Below, in pieces: positions 39,272 to 51,449 of a stretch of 64,000 bases of DNA. The stretch's first letter is position 1, and the number at the start of each line of letters is the position of its first letter. Below the pieces are notes generated by a model that was not told the origin of the DNA, ran no database searches, and saw nothing but the letters and a program-made list of their open reading frames with translations. Origin of the DNA: Lama glama (taxonomy: Eukaryota); contig CM052816.1 of NCBI GenBank assembly GCA_028534125.1, positions 15,500,001-15,564,000 on the forward strand. The letters run 5' to 3'. A program made the translations under genes and the position numbers.

Positions 39272-41141
39272 AAAAAGCTTATGCGAGATGTGAAGGCAAA
39301 GTGTATGTCAAGTTTCAAGACTGGGTAAAAGCAGCATTAGAGCAGAAACCCAGGCTGCACCTGGAGGAAGGGGACTGAGGTGACAACGCAGCAACGCGGT
39401 CCAGGAGCAGGATAGGCCTTTAAACACCCATCTCCTGGGCAACCCAGTCTGGCCAACCGAGCACACGCCCCTGGCCAGCTGAGTAAACTGGATCTGCCAA
39501 GAGCAGCTGCCCTTTCATAGTCTATTACTCCCGAGTGCGGCAGACCAAGGCTTTTGAAAAGGCAGAGGAGAGTGTTTTGCATAAAGTATTTGACCAAAAC
39601 AAATTTTGTCTCTATATCCAAGATGACAGAAAAACACAAAGCTGGCTTTAGGAGCTATGGTCCCCCACTGTCCTCATGACCAGACTGTCTTCCTGCAACG
39701 CCAGTGCCAAGAGACCTAGTGCAGGAGCTTGGGAGACATCGTGGAAGCGCTGGGCCTAGCTGAGCATATCTGCCAAGTTAAAGCCTGAAGTCACAAATAC
39801 GGGGAACGAGAGTCAAGATTGGTGCCAAGAGCTCAGTTCATGCACCGAAGGCCAATCTCATCTGCTTTCATGAAAAGAAAGGAAAAGCACTGCAACTGAG
39901 TGTCCCAGAGAGGACACGTCTTACTGAGAGAGCTCGCCTTCTTCACTACTGCTAACAATGCATGTTGTTGCTAATTTTGAAGTATTTCAAGGATACTTCC
40001 TAATGGAATGCAAAGGAGCATGAAAGTTGAGAATATAATTTGAAATCAGACAGACAAGGGCTCAATTCATGTCTCAGTGAGTTACTATTTGACTTTGGGC
40101 CAGTTTACTTCTCTCTCTGAATCTGTGTGCTCATCTTTAAAATAGGAAACCACTAGGAACCCTGTATGGATTAAATAAGATTCTGTACACAAAGCTCTGA
40201 ACAAGATCTAATTAGAAACAGCAACATTTACTTAGTGCTTGGCACTAAATTACAGAAGGCATTTAATGACTATTGAATGAATGAGTGGTGATTCCAAGGG
40301 AAAAAGGAAGACGAAGTTATAAAAAACCTTTACTCATTCATAGGAGGCCACAGGACACCTGGAAGTACGTCAGGCTGTGGGCCAGACACCTGGGGGACCA
40401 TGGGCAAGACATTACAGCTTCTCTAAGACGCAGGTTCCATACGTGTAAGGTCTGGGATAATACCACTTGCCCGGAAGGACTTTTCCAAGAATTGAAGCCG
40501 TATCCATAAAGCTCTCCGCCCAGCAATGGGCACATCCCGAGGTACTCAGTGAATGGTAGGTGCTGAGGAGTGTGGGCTTTGGGGTTGGTGGGTGTGAGTC
40601 TCTCAGTTGCATCACCTCCCATCTGTGTGACCGTGAACTAGTTTCAGGCTTTCTATGCTTCGGTTGGTCCCTTCATCTGTATGACGAGGATAATAAAAGA
40701 CCTGCCTCTGAGCATTGTTCTCAGGACTAAATGAGTTAATGTATCAAAGTGCTTGACACATCATAACCACTTGATAAGTACTCACTCTATTATTTAGCTA
40801 CTGTTTATTAATTATTTAATAACAGTTAATATTAAATGTTCAAAAACTTGGGAGTTCAAACTTTTGTTCTGCTGGTTTTCATCTAGGAATTGGTATCAAA
40901 CACCCAGATTCTCCAGTTCCAGACCGCAGAGGAGCTCAGAAATAAAGCCTGCCTGTCCAGTCAGAGGGCAAGAGGGAGTTCTTTATAGTTCCAAGTTTCT
41001 GGAACCTTCTTCCTGGGCAGGCTGCCAGAAGAAGTCATGTATTTTTCAGCTTCTGATGAAGCTGATTAGGAAGGCCTTTTCCTCCACTGGGCTCAAAAGC
41101 AATTGCCAACTTACAGTTTCCATTATGAAGATGCTTTATAG

Positions 41142-41363
41142 CAGTGGTTCTCAAAGGAAGATGATCAGGGTCCCTAAGGGACATCTGGTAATGTCTGAGC
41201 AACATTTTTGGTTGTCATGACTGAGCAGATTCTCACTGGCCTTTAGTGAGTAGAGGCCAGGGATGCTGCTAAGTTGTCCTACAATGCACAGCCAGCAGTG
41301 CGCGCACACACGCACACACATTATCCAGCCCAGTGTCAACAGTTCAGAGGTTGAGAAACGCTG
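41142..41363 (+). mobile_element. MER20 hAT-Charlie MITE
   Basis: cagtggttctcaa...gggacatctggtaatgtctg...tttttggttgtca...gtagaggccagggatgctgctaa...gaggttgagaaacgctg. Confidence 0.88.
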
Positions 41364-43734
41364 CCCTACTGGAAAGTTGCTTATGACCAAGTAGTGGGGG
41401 CACAAAACAGAACACACAATGGTGTCACACTACGATGGCAGCCAGGTACAAATGACATGCACGTAAGCAAGAGCTGCCTAGGAAATAAGAACACAAAAAT
41501 GATTGAGATGAGGGGGTATCTGGACTGAGTAGAATATTAAAAAAATGAGTGCTGTTACCAGGTCCACGGAGAAGAGAAGGAGTGAGGGCTAGCACACCCA
41601 GTGGAGGCAAAAATAACCTGAAGCTACATCTCTCAGTGCTGATAATTCACTTATCTGTGACTGTAGGTATCCTAACAGTGCTCCACGATGAATATTCTGC
41701 TCAGAGCCCCAACAGAAAAATGAATAAAGTGAGGAAGAGAAAAGTAGTGCAAACAGTCTGCAAACTCAAGGCCAGAGCTCAACAACTTGAAAAAGCTTAT
41801 TCCAGAATCTCATCCTGTCCTCCTCCTGCATAACTCTAAACTCCTTTTCATCTTCAGTCACTCGGCAAGTAGTTACTGGGGAATCAAGCGGTTAGTCAAG
41901 GTCTCTGTTCTCAGGATACTCTCAGACAGTGGGGAAGACCTTAAATCTGTAACAAGAGCCTAAACTGTAAAATTACAAGCCCAGAGAGTACAATGAAGGA
42001 CAGAAAGCTGACCCAGACCTGGGAGTGGAAGGTACCACTCACCGTCACCAATGTGACACATAAGCAAGACAGGAAGGGTGAATGGGGTAATGGTACTGAG
42101 CCAAGAGGGGTGTGAAGAATTTTGCAAGCCATACAGAGGAAATACCATTTGCAGAAACCATGATGGAGGAGAGACCTGGTAAGGCTGAGGAATTAGATTG
42201 GAATTTGGTGGCGGGGCTAGACCACGCTGGGTCTCAAGGCCTTTGGGAGTGTTGGTCTTTATTCTAAGAGTAATAGAAAACCACCAAGGTGAGGGTAGGG
42301 GGAGTGCAAAAGAAATGTTTAAACCCTTAACTTGCAGAGTTCCTCCCTGGCATGCCCAAGGGTTAGGTGAGGAAACTGCTCCCACCAAACTGCTCCTCTT
42401 TATCCTCAGGTTCTAAATCAAAACCTAGCCTGTCACACAGAAACCCACGCCAGTAGCAAAGCCTCCAAACTAAACTGAAGCCAAGAGAACCCGGCAAAAA
42501 ATGAGGAGCAGTTTCCCCTCTAAAGCAATAATTAGCAAGTTCTAAGCCTGATGGACCATGAAGGTCCCTGCCCTCCCTGGGCCAGGGAAAGGGGGCCCCC
42601 GAGAGCTGAGAGAAATGGCTGGTGTCAGACCTTGTGAAGAGCTACAAATCCCAGCAGGACCCCCAGAGGCAGCCAGCCTCCTCTGGTTGAGGGGCCAAGA
42701 TCAGGATGGATCAGACCACAGCCAGCTCTCTTATTTGCCCCTAGTTTCTGTGCTTTCATCTGCACAGGCCCCGGGATTCATTCATGTATTAGATCTTTCT
42801 GGAAGCCCTAACTACCAGCTACTGTGCTAGGTCTGGGAACCATATTGTCTCCATCTCATACCCCTCCCTTATTCATCTTCTTCCTCCTCCCTCTCAAGAG
42901 ACCTCCCTCCTTGTGGCCATTGGATCTGTCTTTCTTTTCAGAGCACAGAGCCTGTGTGACCAGATCCACTTGCTGGGTCAGAAACCACAAGTTTCTCAAT
43001 TCTGACAGGCCTGGCTAAAGTCTTAAAGATGCTGGCCCAGGCCCCCTGTGAGACATTAGGGCACTTTTCCAAGGAATTCCACGAAAATGCCATTTGGGCA
43101 TTAGAAGATTCAAATGAGTTTCCCAGGAAATACACAAAGAGATGAATGAGGAAGGATGAAACTTAAAAGAATTAACTGAACAAAGGCTAACTGAGGATAA
43201 AGATGTAAAGTGGTATTTAGCAAGAGAGCCAACTCTTGCCATTAACAAGGCAGAGACAAGCTAAACAAGGAGGCCAAGAAGGAAGATGCCAGACTGCAAG
43301 GCAGTAACGGAGCAGAGCCCGCAGGCGCCAGCCACCTCTGCCTGCCTGGGGCCCGGGGGCAGCATCCTCACAGAGAGCAGCCTCTCAGCTCAGACAAGGG
43401 GCTAGAGCGCTTGCTCACCACGTTCTAGCTCTGACCTGGGGCCAACGCTCTTCGTTAATAATAGGCCCACCTCACAGAGCTGCCACGCCAATTCAGTGCT
43501 GAAGGATACACAGCGTTCAGCACCAGGTCTGACACCCAGCAAAACTCAAGTTAGTGGCAGCTCCTTAGAGCCACTCCCAGGAAGGATTCTGCACAGGGGA
43601 GACAAGCAGGAAGAAGAACCCAATGTAGGGCCTAAAGGAGAACAAATGCCTCAAAGACACCCGTGCAGGCAGATGCCGGGGCAGGGGACCCTCAGCCAGC
43701 CAACAAATACTGGGAATTGAGTCATGGACATGAC

Positions 43735-44235
43735 ATAACAAAAGCCCCTGCCTTTCAGGAGCTCACACGCAAGGAACACGTCAACAGCGCACTAGGAAGG
43801 GGAAAGAGATGGGCAGAGACGGGGGAGGGAGCGCCAGGCCGGGGTGCTACGTTAAATGGGGCAGAGAGAGAAGACAGGTGGCGGGAAGGCCTCTCTGACT
43901 AGGTGACAGCTGAGCGAGAACCAAGAGAGGATGCGAGCCCCTTAGATTCTAGAAGACAGGGAGGGGCAGAGGGAAAGGGAACAGACGGCAAACCCCAAGG
44001 CCCCGGGTGGGAGCGGAGTGACCCAGGGGGAAAGGGCGGCCAGGGAGCTAGAACAGGGCTGGGGGCAGCTGGTGTGTGGAGGGACTGGCTCTTAGTCTGA
44101 GTGACAAGGCAAGCTCTGCAGGGGTCTGGGAAGCAAACAGATAGCAGGGGGCAAGAGCAGGAGGACAGAGACCATTATGAGGCTGTGACTGCAGACGAGA
44201 CGACTGTGGGGCTGTCAGGGTAGATCAGGAATGAC
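43735..44235 (-). mobile_element. L2 fragment, unusually GC/CpG-rich
   Basis: cccctgcctttcaggagctcaca; gggaaggcctctctgactaggtgacagctgagc; gggaacagacggcaaaccccaaggccc. Confidence 0.65.
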
Positions 44236-45259
44236 CCTCAGCAACTGGCTTCTCCGCCTTCCCAAGGGCTTCCCGTCTTCACCACCCCATCCACCCACAA
44301 GCACTAATTCAGAAAACCCTTGTGGGCCAAGGGAGGGCACTAAGTCCCTCACACCATCAAGGTGCCATACACTGTACAAATTACATGACTTTGTTTATTC
44401 TTCGCTGCAGTCCAGTAATTCCGATTTTACAGAAAAGGAAACAGAAGCTCAGGGAACTGGAGAAACCCCACCTAGATTCCTAAGCCAATGCGGTTTTGGT
44501 GGCACCACACAGTGTCCTTGCTGGGACGTTCTGTCATCTGATGCCTGGCAAAGAAAGAAGGAACTGAGCTGAACTTCATCTACACTCGACAGGCTTCCCA
44601 GGGCAATGAAACTGCCTGCTCTGAGTCTCTGACAAAAAAAGCATAAAAGGCTCAAACAAGCCAAGCTGTAATTCCAGACCTCTAGCCAATCAGCCAGCGA
44701 TGCCAGACCATTAAAGTCCTTCCTCTTCTGTCCCCTCACTGAGTGATGAGAGCTGTGTCAGACACCAAGGGAGCGAGCGGGGGCGTCCTGCATCCTGTCA
44801 GGCCGCACTCAGCCTGTGCACTGCAGGAAAGCCCGCTTGCCACGTCCTGCTGGTCGGCCAGCGACCCAGCAGGGCCCCCTGGAACAGGCACTCCCCTCAC
44901 CTGAGGACTCGAACACTTCTGATGACCTGAGGCACCTGGCTGGGATACAGTTTAATTCTGGTGACAGAATTACACCTCTTCTTTCGTGACCTTCTAACCA
45001 GTTCACAAAACTTCCCTTAAAAAGGCAGATGGCCTATTTTCTGATATAAGACTGGAGATGATGTTGTGTTTAATTTTCACTTTACACAGTTCCGTTACTA
45101 TGCCACGTGCACAAGAACCTAGACAGAGCTTTGAGATTTAGAGTGCTTCACTGAGCAGGAGCTCGCCCGTCGCCACCACAGGGACTCGTGGTAGTTTCTG
45201 GAGATCCCCCCAACGCAGACGGCACCCTGCACAGTGCCTCTGCCACCCGCCCATCAAGA

Positions 45260-46195
45260 GTAAGTCGACTTCCCCTCCCGTAAGCCTGTGCTAGACAGAC
45301 CCGTGGCTGCTCTGACCGACAGAGTGTGGTGGGGGTGATGTTCCGAGACTTCTGAGCCTGGGCAATACAAAAGCCGGGCAGGTCATTATACTGTAGTTAC
45401 ATAAGGTTTGGAGAAATCTGGGTGAAAAGTCTACAGAATCATTTGTACTATTTCTGCAAAAGCTTTTGTAAGTCTGAAATTTTTTCAAAATTAGAAGTTA
45501 AGTAAAAAGTTCTTTGTTTTTCCTTTTTTTGAAGGAAGGCCTGGCAGCTTCCACTTTGGCACTCTAACATGGAATGAGCCCAGACCTCCTAAGGGCCAGG
45601 CTGTCAGGATACACAAATCAGCCACATGGGGAGGCCACATGGAGGGAGGGTGGGAGACATGTCAGACGGGTCATTTTTTTTGAAAGAACAATTTGTTATC
45701 ATAAACCAAAAGTACAAGATTTCACTGAAAATGAAATAGTTGACAGGATACGACTGAACTTACATTAAACCTTCAAGGGAATAAGAGGGTCAAACTAAGC
45801 CAGTAAGAGCGGAAAAGCCCAAGTAAGCCTGGATTGTACACACATAAGGATAATAGTTTCTCAGCCTGACCACCCCCGTACCCCTGGCTGTCAGACGGCC
45901 CCGTCACGCTCCCATCCCTCTCTCCCTTCCAAAGCATCTGCCCAACCAAATAGTTTCCCCCTCTATTACAGGTGTAAGCCAACCCAGTAGTACCCCTTCA
46001 GACAGCTATAAAGATAAAAGCCAAGGAGGAAACTTTGTAAATCTCGTTCAAAGGTAGACAGTAAACACTGGTTATCATCTATGTCCCAGTCCCAGGGAAC
46101 AAAGCCCAATTTCTCTTGCCAAGCCTTGTCTAAATTATAGACTAACTCCAGGATTTGAGGTGGTTTGCAACATAGCAATAGATAACCAAAATACA
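45260..46195 (+). mobile_element. MLT1-type MaLR LTR with a nested L1M 3' fragment (~45385-45505) and an orphan insert (45670-45888)
   Basis: gacttctgagcctgggc; gcctggcagcttccacttt; gaggccacatgg; 3' end ggtggtttgcaacatagcaatagataaccaaaataca. Confidence 0.65.
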
Positions 46196-47139
46196 TGTCT
46201 AACTTTCCCCTGTGGCCAAAAGCCTTAAATTCTGGTTTGGCAAGACCTGGCTATCCAAGTGGGTCTTTGAACCTAACCCCCGGGCTGACACATGCTCCTG
46301 GCCTAAGGGCTTTCATTTCCTGAGTTCCTTTGTATGTGGTATCCCTACTTTTATCCAGTATGATTTATCTTCCCACATATCTAAGAATATTAGAGGAGTC
46401 TTCCCTTTTTGTAGCAGAGTTTTTGCTCCTTGCATTGCCTCTACTCCCTCAGTGTCCCTTTTCTGTCTGTTTTGGTCACCAGGAGTCATTTGGAGGCTTT
46501 ACTCCGGTCTCTGGTGATCCTCTGCTGTTGGTTAGTATCTAAGGCTGAGATTTTGTCACCTGTCGCCTTAAGAGTCTTGACGAACATAATGGGTAAAAGC
46601 CTAAATGAAGACATTAAGCGCAAGGTTGACTGAAGTCAGACAGACGTTAGTCAGACATCTAGGCCAACTAGAGGGAACATGAAAAATGAATTTGAAGAGA
46701 GGAGGTGCTTTGAAGAAGTCTATATGGGGTGCAGGTGACGCACATGGGAGTGGTACGTTGCAGTGGAGGCGTGGGATATGCGTGGGATACATGAGGGAAA
46801 GCTTCATGGAGGAGGCAACATTCTGTTTGATCTCCAGACATGTGCAGGGTGGGGCAGAGTGGGAATGAGGGTGAGGAGTGAGGGGAGCAGCCTGGCAGGT
46901 TAGAGGCCTTACCGATGTGTATGGACCACTTAGATGATGACATCCTCGACTTCAGGCCAAGGGAGTTACCGGAGGGGATATCTGGTGGTCTTAGAAGGGG
47001 TGGGTGTATTCTACATATGGAAGGGATGTGAACTGTTAAAAGCAAAGACTGGAGCGGGGGGGTGGGGGACTGTCTGCCAAGACCGTCACCAGTTACTCGC
47101 TCTGTGCTCACACTGTTCCTCCCAGTGTGATGGAGTTTA

Positions 47140-47620
47140 TTGTATACAAATGTTTATAATGGCCATTATTTGTTATTCGTAACAGCCCAAAGGGAGAAAC
47201 CCAAATGTCCATCAACTACTGAATGGATGAATAAAATATGCTGTATCCATATAATAAAATATTATTTGGCAACACAATGGAATGGAGTACTGAAAGCTGC
47301 CACAGCCCGATGAACCTTGAGAACACTGTACTAAGTGAAAGCAGTCATAAAGGGCCGCATATTATATGCTCTCATTTATAAAAAATGCTCAGCACAGACA
47401 AACCTACAGAGACAGAAAGTAGACTGATGGAGGAGCAGAATTAAGCAAATGGGGAGAATTAATTGCCAAAGGGTTTCTTTTCGGGGTGATGAAAATGTTC
47501 TGGTACTAGGCAGTGGGGATGGTCACACAGCTCTGAATATACTCAAAGCCACTGGATTGTACACGTTAAATGGGTGAGTTGTACAGTATGTGGATTATAT
47601 CTCAATGAAGCCATTACCAA
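47140..47620 (+). mobile_element. L1MB/L1MC-like 3' end
   Basis: aacccaaatgtccatcaact; gatgaaccttgagaacactgtactaagtgaaa; agagacagaaagtagact; ggggtgatgaaaatgttct; attatatctcaat. Confidence 0.85.
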
Positions 47621-47649
47621 AAAGTGGGAGTGGGGGCAGATGGCATCTC

Positions 47650-48033
47650 TGTCCCCTTGTGCCTTGCTCTGAGCAAGAGACTATGGCGTAAGCGATGCGG
47701 TGCCAGTTCCCAGCCTCACTGTTAAAAGCAGGGCAGATTCTCTCCCTCTCTCCCACCCTCCTGGAAGCTAACTGCCGTGGAAAGCAGCTCAGGCTGGAGG
47801 AGAGACCACGGGGAAAGAGAGGCCTCATGGAGGCAAACCCAAGCCCTATCATGTAGTGAGGCCATCCTGGACATTTCTGCTCCAGCCAAGCTGACAGCTG
47901 ATTTAAGCCTCCCAAGTGACCCCAGGAGAGATCTCATAAAGCCAACTCACGGAATCAGGAGAAATAATAAATCACTGTTGTTTTAAGCCACTGAGTTCTG
48001 CGGTGACACGTTATACAATAGATAACCGAAGCA
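47650..48033 (+). mobile_element. MLT1-type MaLR LTR
   Basis: gtgaggccatcctggacatt; aataaatcactgttgttttaagccactgagtt...gttatacaatagataaccgaagca. Confidence 0.75.
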
Positions 48034-48109
48034 TAACCTCTGAGCTGCAGACTCCACCTGGGTATAACACGGGACTAGCTACGGGGTCGCTGTGAAGATT
48101 ACGTGAAGC

Positions 48110-48135
48110 GTGTTCACTTCGGCAGCACATACACT
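48110..48135 (+). pseudogene. 3'-truncated (tailless) U6 snRNA retropseudogene, nt 1-26, inserted in a MIR
   Basis: GTGTTCACTTCGGCAGCACATACACT versus U6 5' end GTGCTCGCTTCGGCAGCACATATACT (23/26); flanked by AAGATTACGTGAAG(C/T) at 48095-48109 and 48136-48150. Confidence 0.9.
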
Positions 48136-49252
48136 AAGATTACGTGAAGTGAACACCAGGCATCATACTCGAGAAACACTAGCCGTTACAGTTACTACTA
48201 TTATTATTAAAAATCACCCCAGGAGACCCTTGACATTCTGCAGGTGTGCTCCTGGAAGCCTCATTCCCACAAGCACCTGCTGCTTCCAATCACATGGTTT
48301 CCAAAAAGCTGGTTTCCTGAGAAAAATGAAGGCTTAAAAAAAACACAATTTCTGAAAAATGAAATTTGAACTATAAACAGACTACCAACGAAGGTTCTGC
48401 TTAATCCTGTCCATTCAACACAACTTTATTAAATCCTTCCTAATGACCAGACACCAATTAAAAATAGCAAAGAAGTCCCTTTCTAGGTAGCTGTCAACAG
48501 AAAAGACTACACACTTGAACTTCAGCTGAGAGATGGTATCTGCAGTAGTAGATACATCTAAAATCATCCTGCTAGAGGAAAATCCCCTAAATTTCAGTAG
48601 AGAGCTCAATGCACAGAATACAGGCCCCAAGAAGGATTCTGACTGGGGATCCCAGAAGCAATACAGAGAGAAAGAAATGAAATGGGTCCCTAAAGGGTGC
48701 ATCCCTTTGTGAGGGGGTCAGAGGGCCCCATTCACAGAACCTGGACCCCAGGTCGAGAGAAGAACTTGACCACCTGGCATCACCTGCCACGTCTGGTGCA
48801 GAACGGGTCTGGGCAATTAATGACGCACAAGCTGATGACAGACAGAAATCCTGTAGAAAAGGACATTTAACAGCTTCCAACTGCATTTATGAAATCATGA
48901 TAAATTGATAACACTGAACTAAAAGGCAAAGCCTTTTAATCCTGAGAAGAATTAAGATACTATTCGTTCCTCAAAAAATGCTGACATACTTAAATTACAC
49001 TAAAGTAAGAAAGAGTGCCAAACCCATGAGTATTTTCTGCATGAGGGGACAAGGTCCACCAAGTGCAGGAAGCACTTATTTTAGACAAGTTCTATAAAGT
49101 TCCAGATCCATCGAATGCTAGTTACAGCCACTATAAGCAATACAGGCCCGGAAATGGCCTATCCACCGGAGGCCAGGAGGGACACAGGTGAAAGGCACAA
49201 CCCTGGCAGGTACTGGGCTGAGTCTACCGGATAATCCAAATGCTGGGCTGAC

Positions 49253-49540
49253 TTTTTTTTTATTGACATGTAACATATACTAAAGCACACAAACAGTGAG
49301 TGTACAGCCTGAAGAATGTCTATATCCAGATTAAAATAAAAGAATACTCCTAATACCCCAAAAGGTGCCCTGTGCCTTTCCCAGTCAGTAACAAACCCCA
49401 CCTGTGCCCCCCCCCAACAACCAGGAGTAACCACTACTTTGATCTCCATCACCATAGATTAGTTTGGCTTGGTGTTCAATTTCACAAAAATGGAATCATA
49501 CGTTATGTGGTCTTTTCGGTCTGCCTTCTTTCATTCGCAA
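49253..49540 (-). mobile_element. Old L1M 3' fragment
   Basis: tttttattgacatgtaacatatac...gtgtacagc...taaccactact...tttcacaaaaatggaatcatacg. Confidence 0.75.
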
Positions 49541-50019
49541 CAAGGGTTACCTTGTTTTGAAACAGAAAACCCAGAAACAGATTTTTCAGGAAATCCCCCC
49601 CATGATGTCATAGACCCGGGGTGCCAGCTACTCTGGTTACACTGGCTGTACTTCCTGACCTCCTCCAAGCATGTGTTCGAACAACTTAAAACAGAATCTT
49701 GGATTGTCAAAGGCTTCCTTCAAGATAAATTAAATCTTTTAAAGGTACTCAAATCTATTCAGTCTCAATCTTAACGCAGCCTCTGACTCGATGCTATTAC
49801 AGTATAATCTTTCCCATAATGAATACAAAATTCCTTAAATATATTTTTCTTCCTTGGCATCCACCCATTCTAAAGAACCCTCAAATCCTGCAATAAAATG
49901 AACTGTCAATTCTGTTACTACTTTTGATTAGTAAGACGTTGAACTACAGGAAAATGTCTGAGGCAGCCTAAGGCCCTATATGTAGATCAATGTGGATCAG
50001 ACAAGGCAGGAGAGGGGCA

Positions 50020-50265
50020 ACAGTACAGCAGTAAGATACAGGTACAGATTCTCCAAATTATCAGGATTCAAATCCGGGATTTGCCCACATCTAGTCGGGT
50101 GGCAAATCATTACCTGGGCAAGTCATTACTCCAAACTGTGCCTCAATTACCTCACTGTAAAATGGGAAAACCTCATAGGATTGTTGCAAGGATTAAATGT
50201 GAATGTACATAAAGCTGTTAGGAGAGCACTTGGCGCATAATAAACACTCAGTAAAGATAAGCAAC
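50020..50265 (+). mobile_element. MIR SINE (representative; other MIR pieces at ~21000-21150, 29230-29365, 34960-35115, 37780-37955, 40010-40250, 40570-40800, 48035-48210)
   Basis: ggattcaaatcc...ctgggcaagtca...ctgtgcctcaattacctcactgtaaaatggg...ggattaaatg core and 3' motifs. Confidence 0.8.
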
Positions 50266-50355
50266 TTTCAAAAGCTGGAAGCTCTGTACGAGAGCAACTA
50301 TTCTGCAAACCAACAGGTTATAAAACAGTCCTAAGAGTCACCAGGATATCTAGCA

Positions 50356-50562
50356 CAGTGCTTCTCAAGACATTTCCTCCCTAACCCTTCACAGACTGAC
50401 TGATATTTTTTGTAAAATGCAAGATCACATGCTGGAATATCACAGCAATGTCAAATTGCTCTAAAAGTGTTTAAATGTTTACTCCCACTTTCTGTGTTTA
50501 TCTCATCGAAGCCTGATACCTGGACTGGCACTTGTCTGCAGAGGCAACTTTGAGTAGCACTG
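50356..50562. mobile_element. hAT-Charlie MITE (subfamily not assigned)
   Basis: Terminal inverted repeats CAGTGCTTCTCAA ... TTGAGTAGCACTG (12/13) and 8-bp TSD ATCTAGCA (50348-50355) / TTCTAGCA (50563-50570). Confidence 0.85.
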
Positions 50563-51061
50563 TTCTAGCACACAAGAGGGACTCATAAGCCTGCTGATAA
50601 CTCAGCTAGCAGGTTAAACATAATTAAGAAAACATATTAGTAAAGAAAACCAACCCCAACAGCAAGGGCAAGAGGATGACTTGAGGGTCGTCAAGCTGGG
50701 AGAGAAAATATCCCAACAGGCTGAACCTGGGGAAAAAAAAACTGGCTGCCAAAGCAACAGTCCAACTGGTACCCCCACCCACCCTCTGCTGCTCAAGGAG
50801 ATGCTCTCACAAAACATGTCGGCCAGGAAGTCATCAGCCCCAGAGGGGACAAGAAATATGAAGGAAGGAGGCAGAACTGACTCAGCCCTCCTGAGAAAGA
50901 AGTCCTTCTCAGGAGTTAGAAGCCACCCTAAGCAGCCACCAAGCTGTGGGAATGCCAATCACGGCACAAAAGGCCAGAGTTTCTTCTCTGCCAAAGAAAA
51001 CGTGCAAATGTTTCCTTTGGTGAGGTGGGACTGCATTCATGCATACCCGTGTATGCACACA

Positions 51062-51426
51062 CAGTCGTCCCTCAGTATCCGCAGAGGACTGGCTTCACTG
51101 GTCCCCATGTGACATCAAAATCTGTGGATGCTCGAGTCCCTTATACATAAATACCTTACATGAAAGGTATTTGCATATAACCCAAGCACATCCTCCTGTA
51201 TACTTCAAATCATCTCTAGATTACTTACAATACCGAACACAATGTAAATATTATTTAAATAGTTGTAAATACAATGTGCACATTATGTAAGTTGTTTCTG
51301 GAATGCAACAAATTTGAGTTTTGCTTTTTGGAACTTTCCTGAATGGTTTTTTTCCCCCATATATTTTCAATCCAGTGGTTGGTTGAATCTGAGGATACAG
51401 AATCCACGGATACGGAGGGCCAACTG
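51062..51426 (+). mobile_element. MER2-family (TcMar-Tigger) MITE
   Basis: TIRs cagtcgtccctcagtatccg ... cggatacggagggccaactg(ta); core atttgcatataacc...aaatcatctctagattactta. Confidence 0.9.
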
Positions 51427-51449
51427 TACACACACTCCATACACAGTAC

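Noticed and set aside
40801-40825. AT-rich imperfect palindrome
   Set aside because: Short, low-complexity and at a MIR tail; expected by chance.
48110-48135. Functional U6 snRNA gene
   Set aside because: Only 26 of about 107 nt, three substitutions, no upstream PSE/TATA visible, and a TSD is present.
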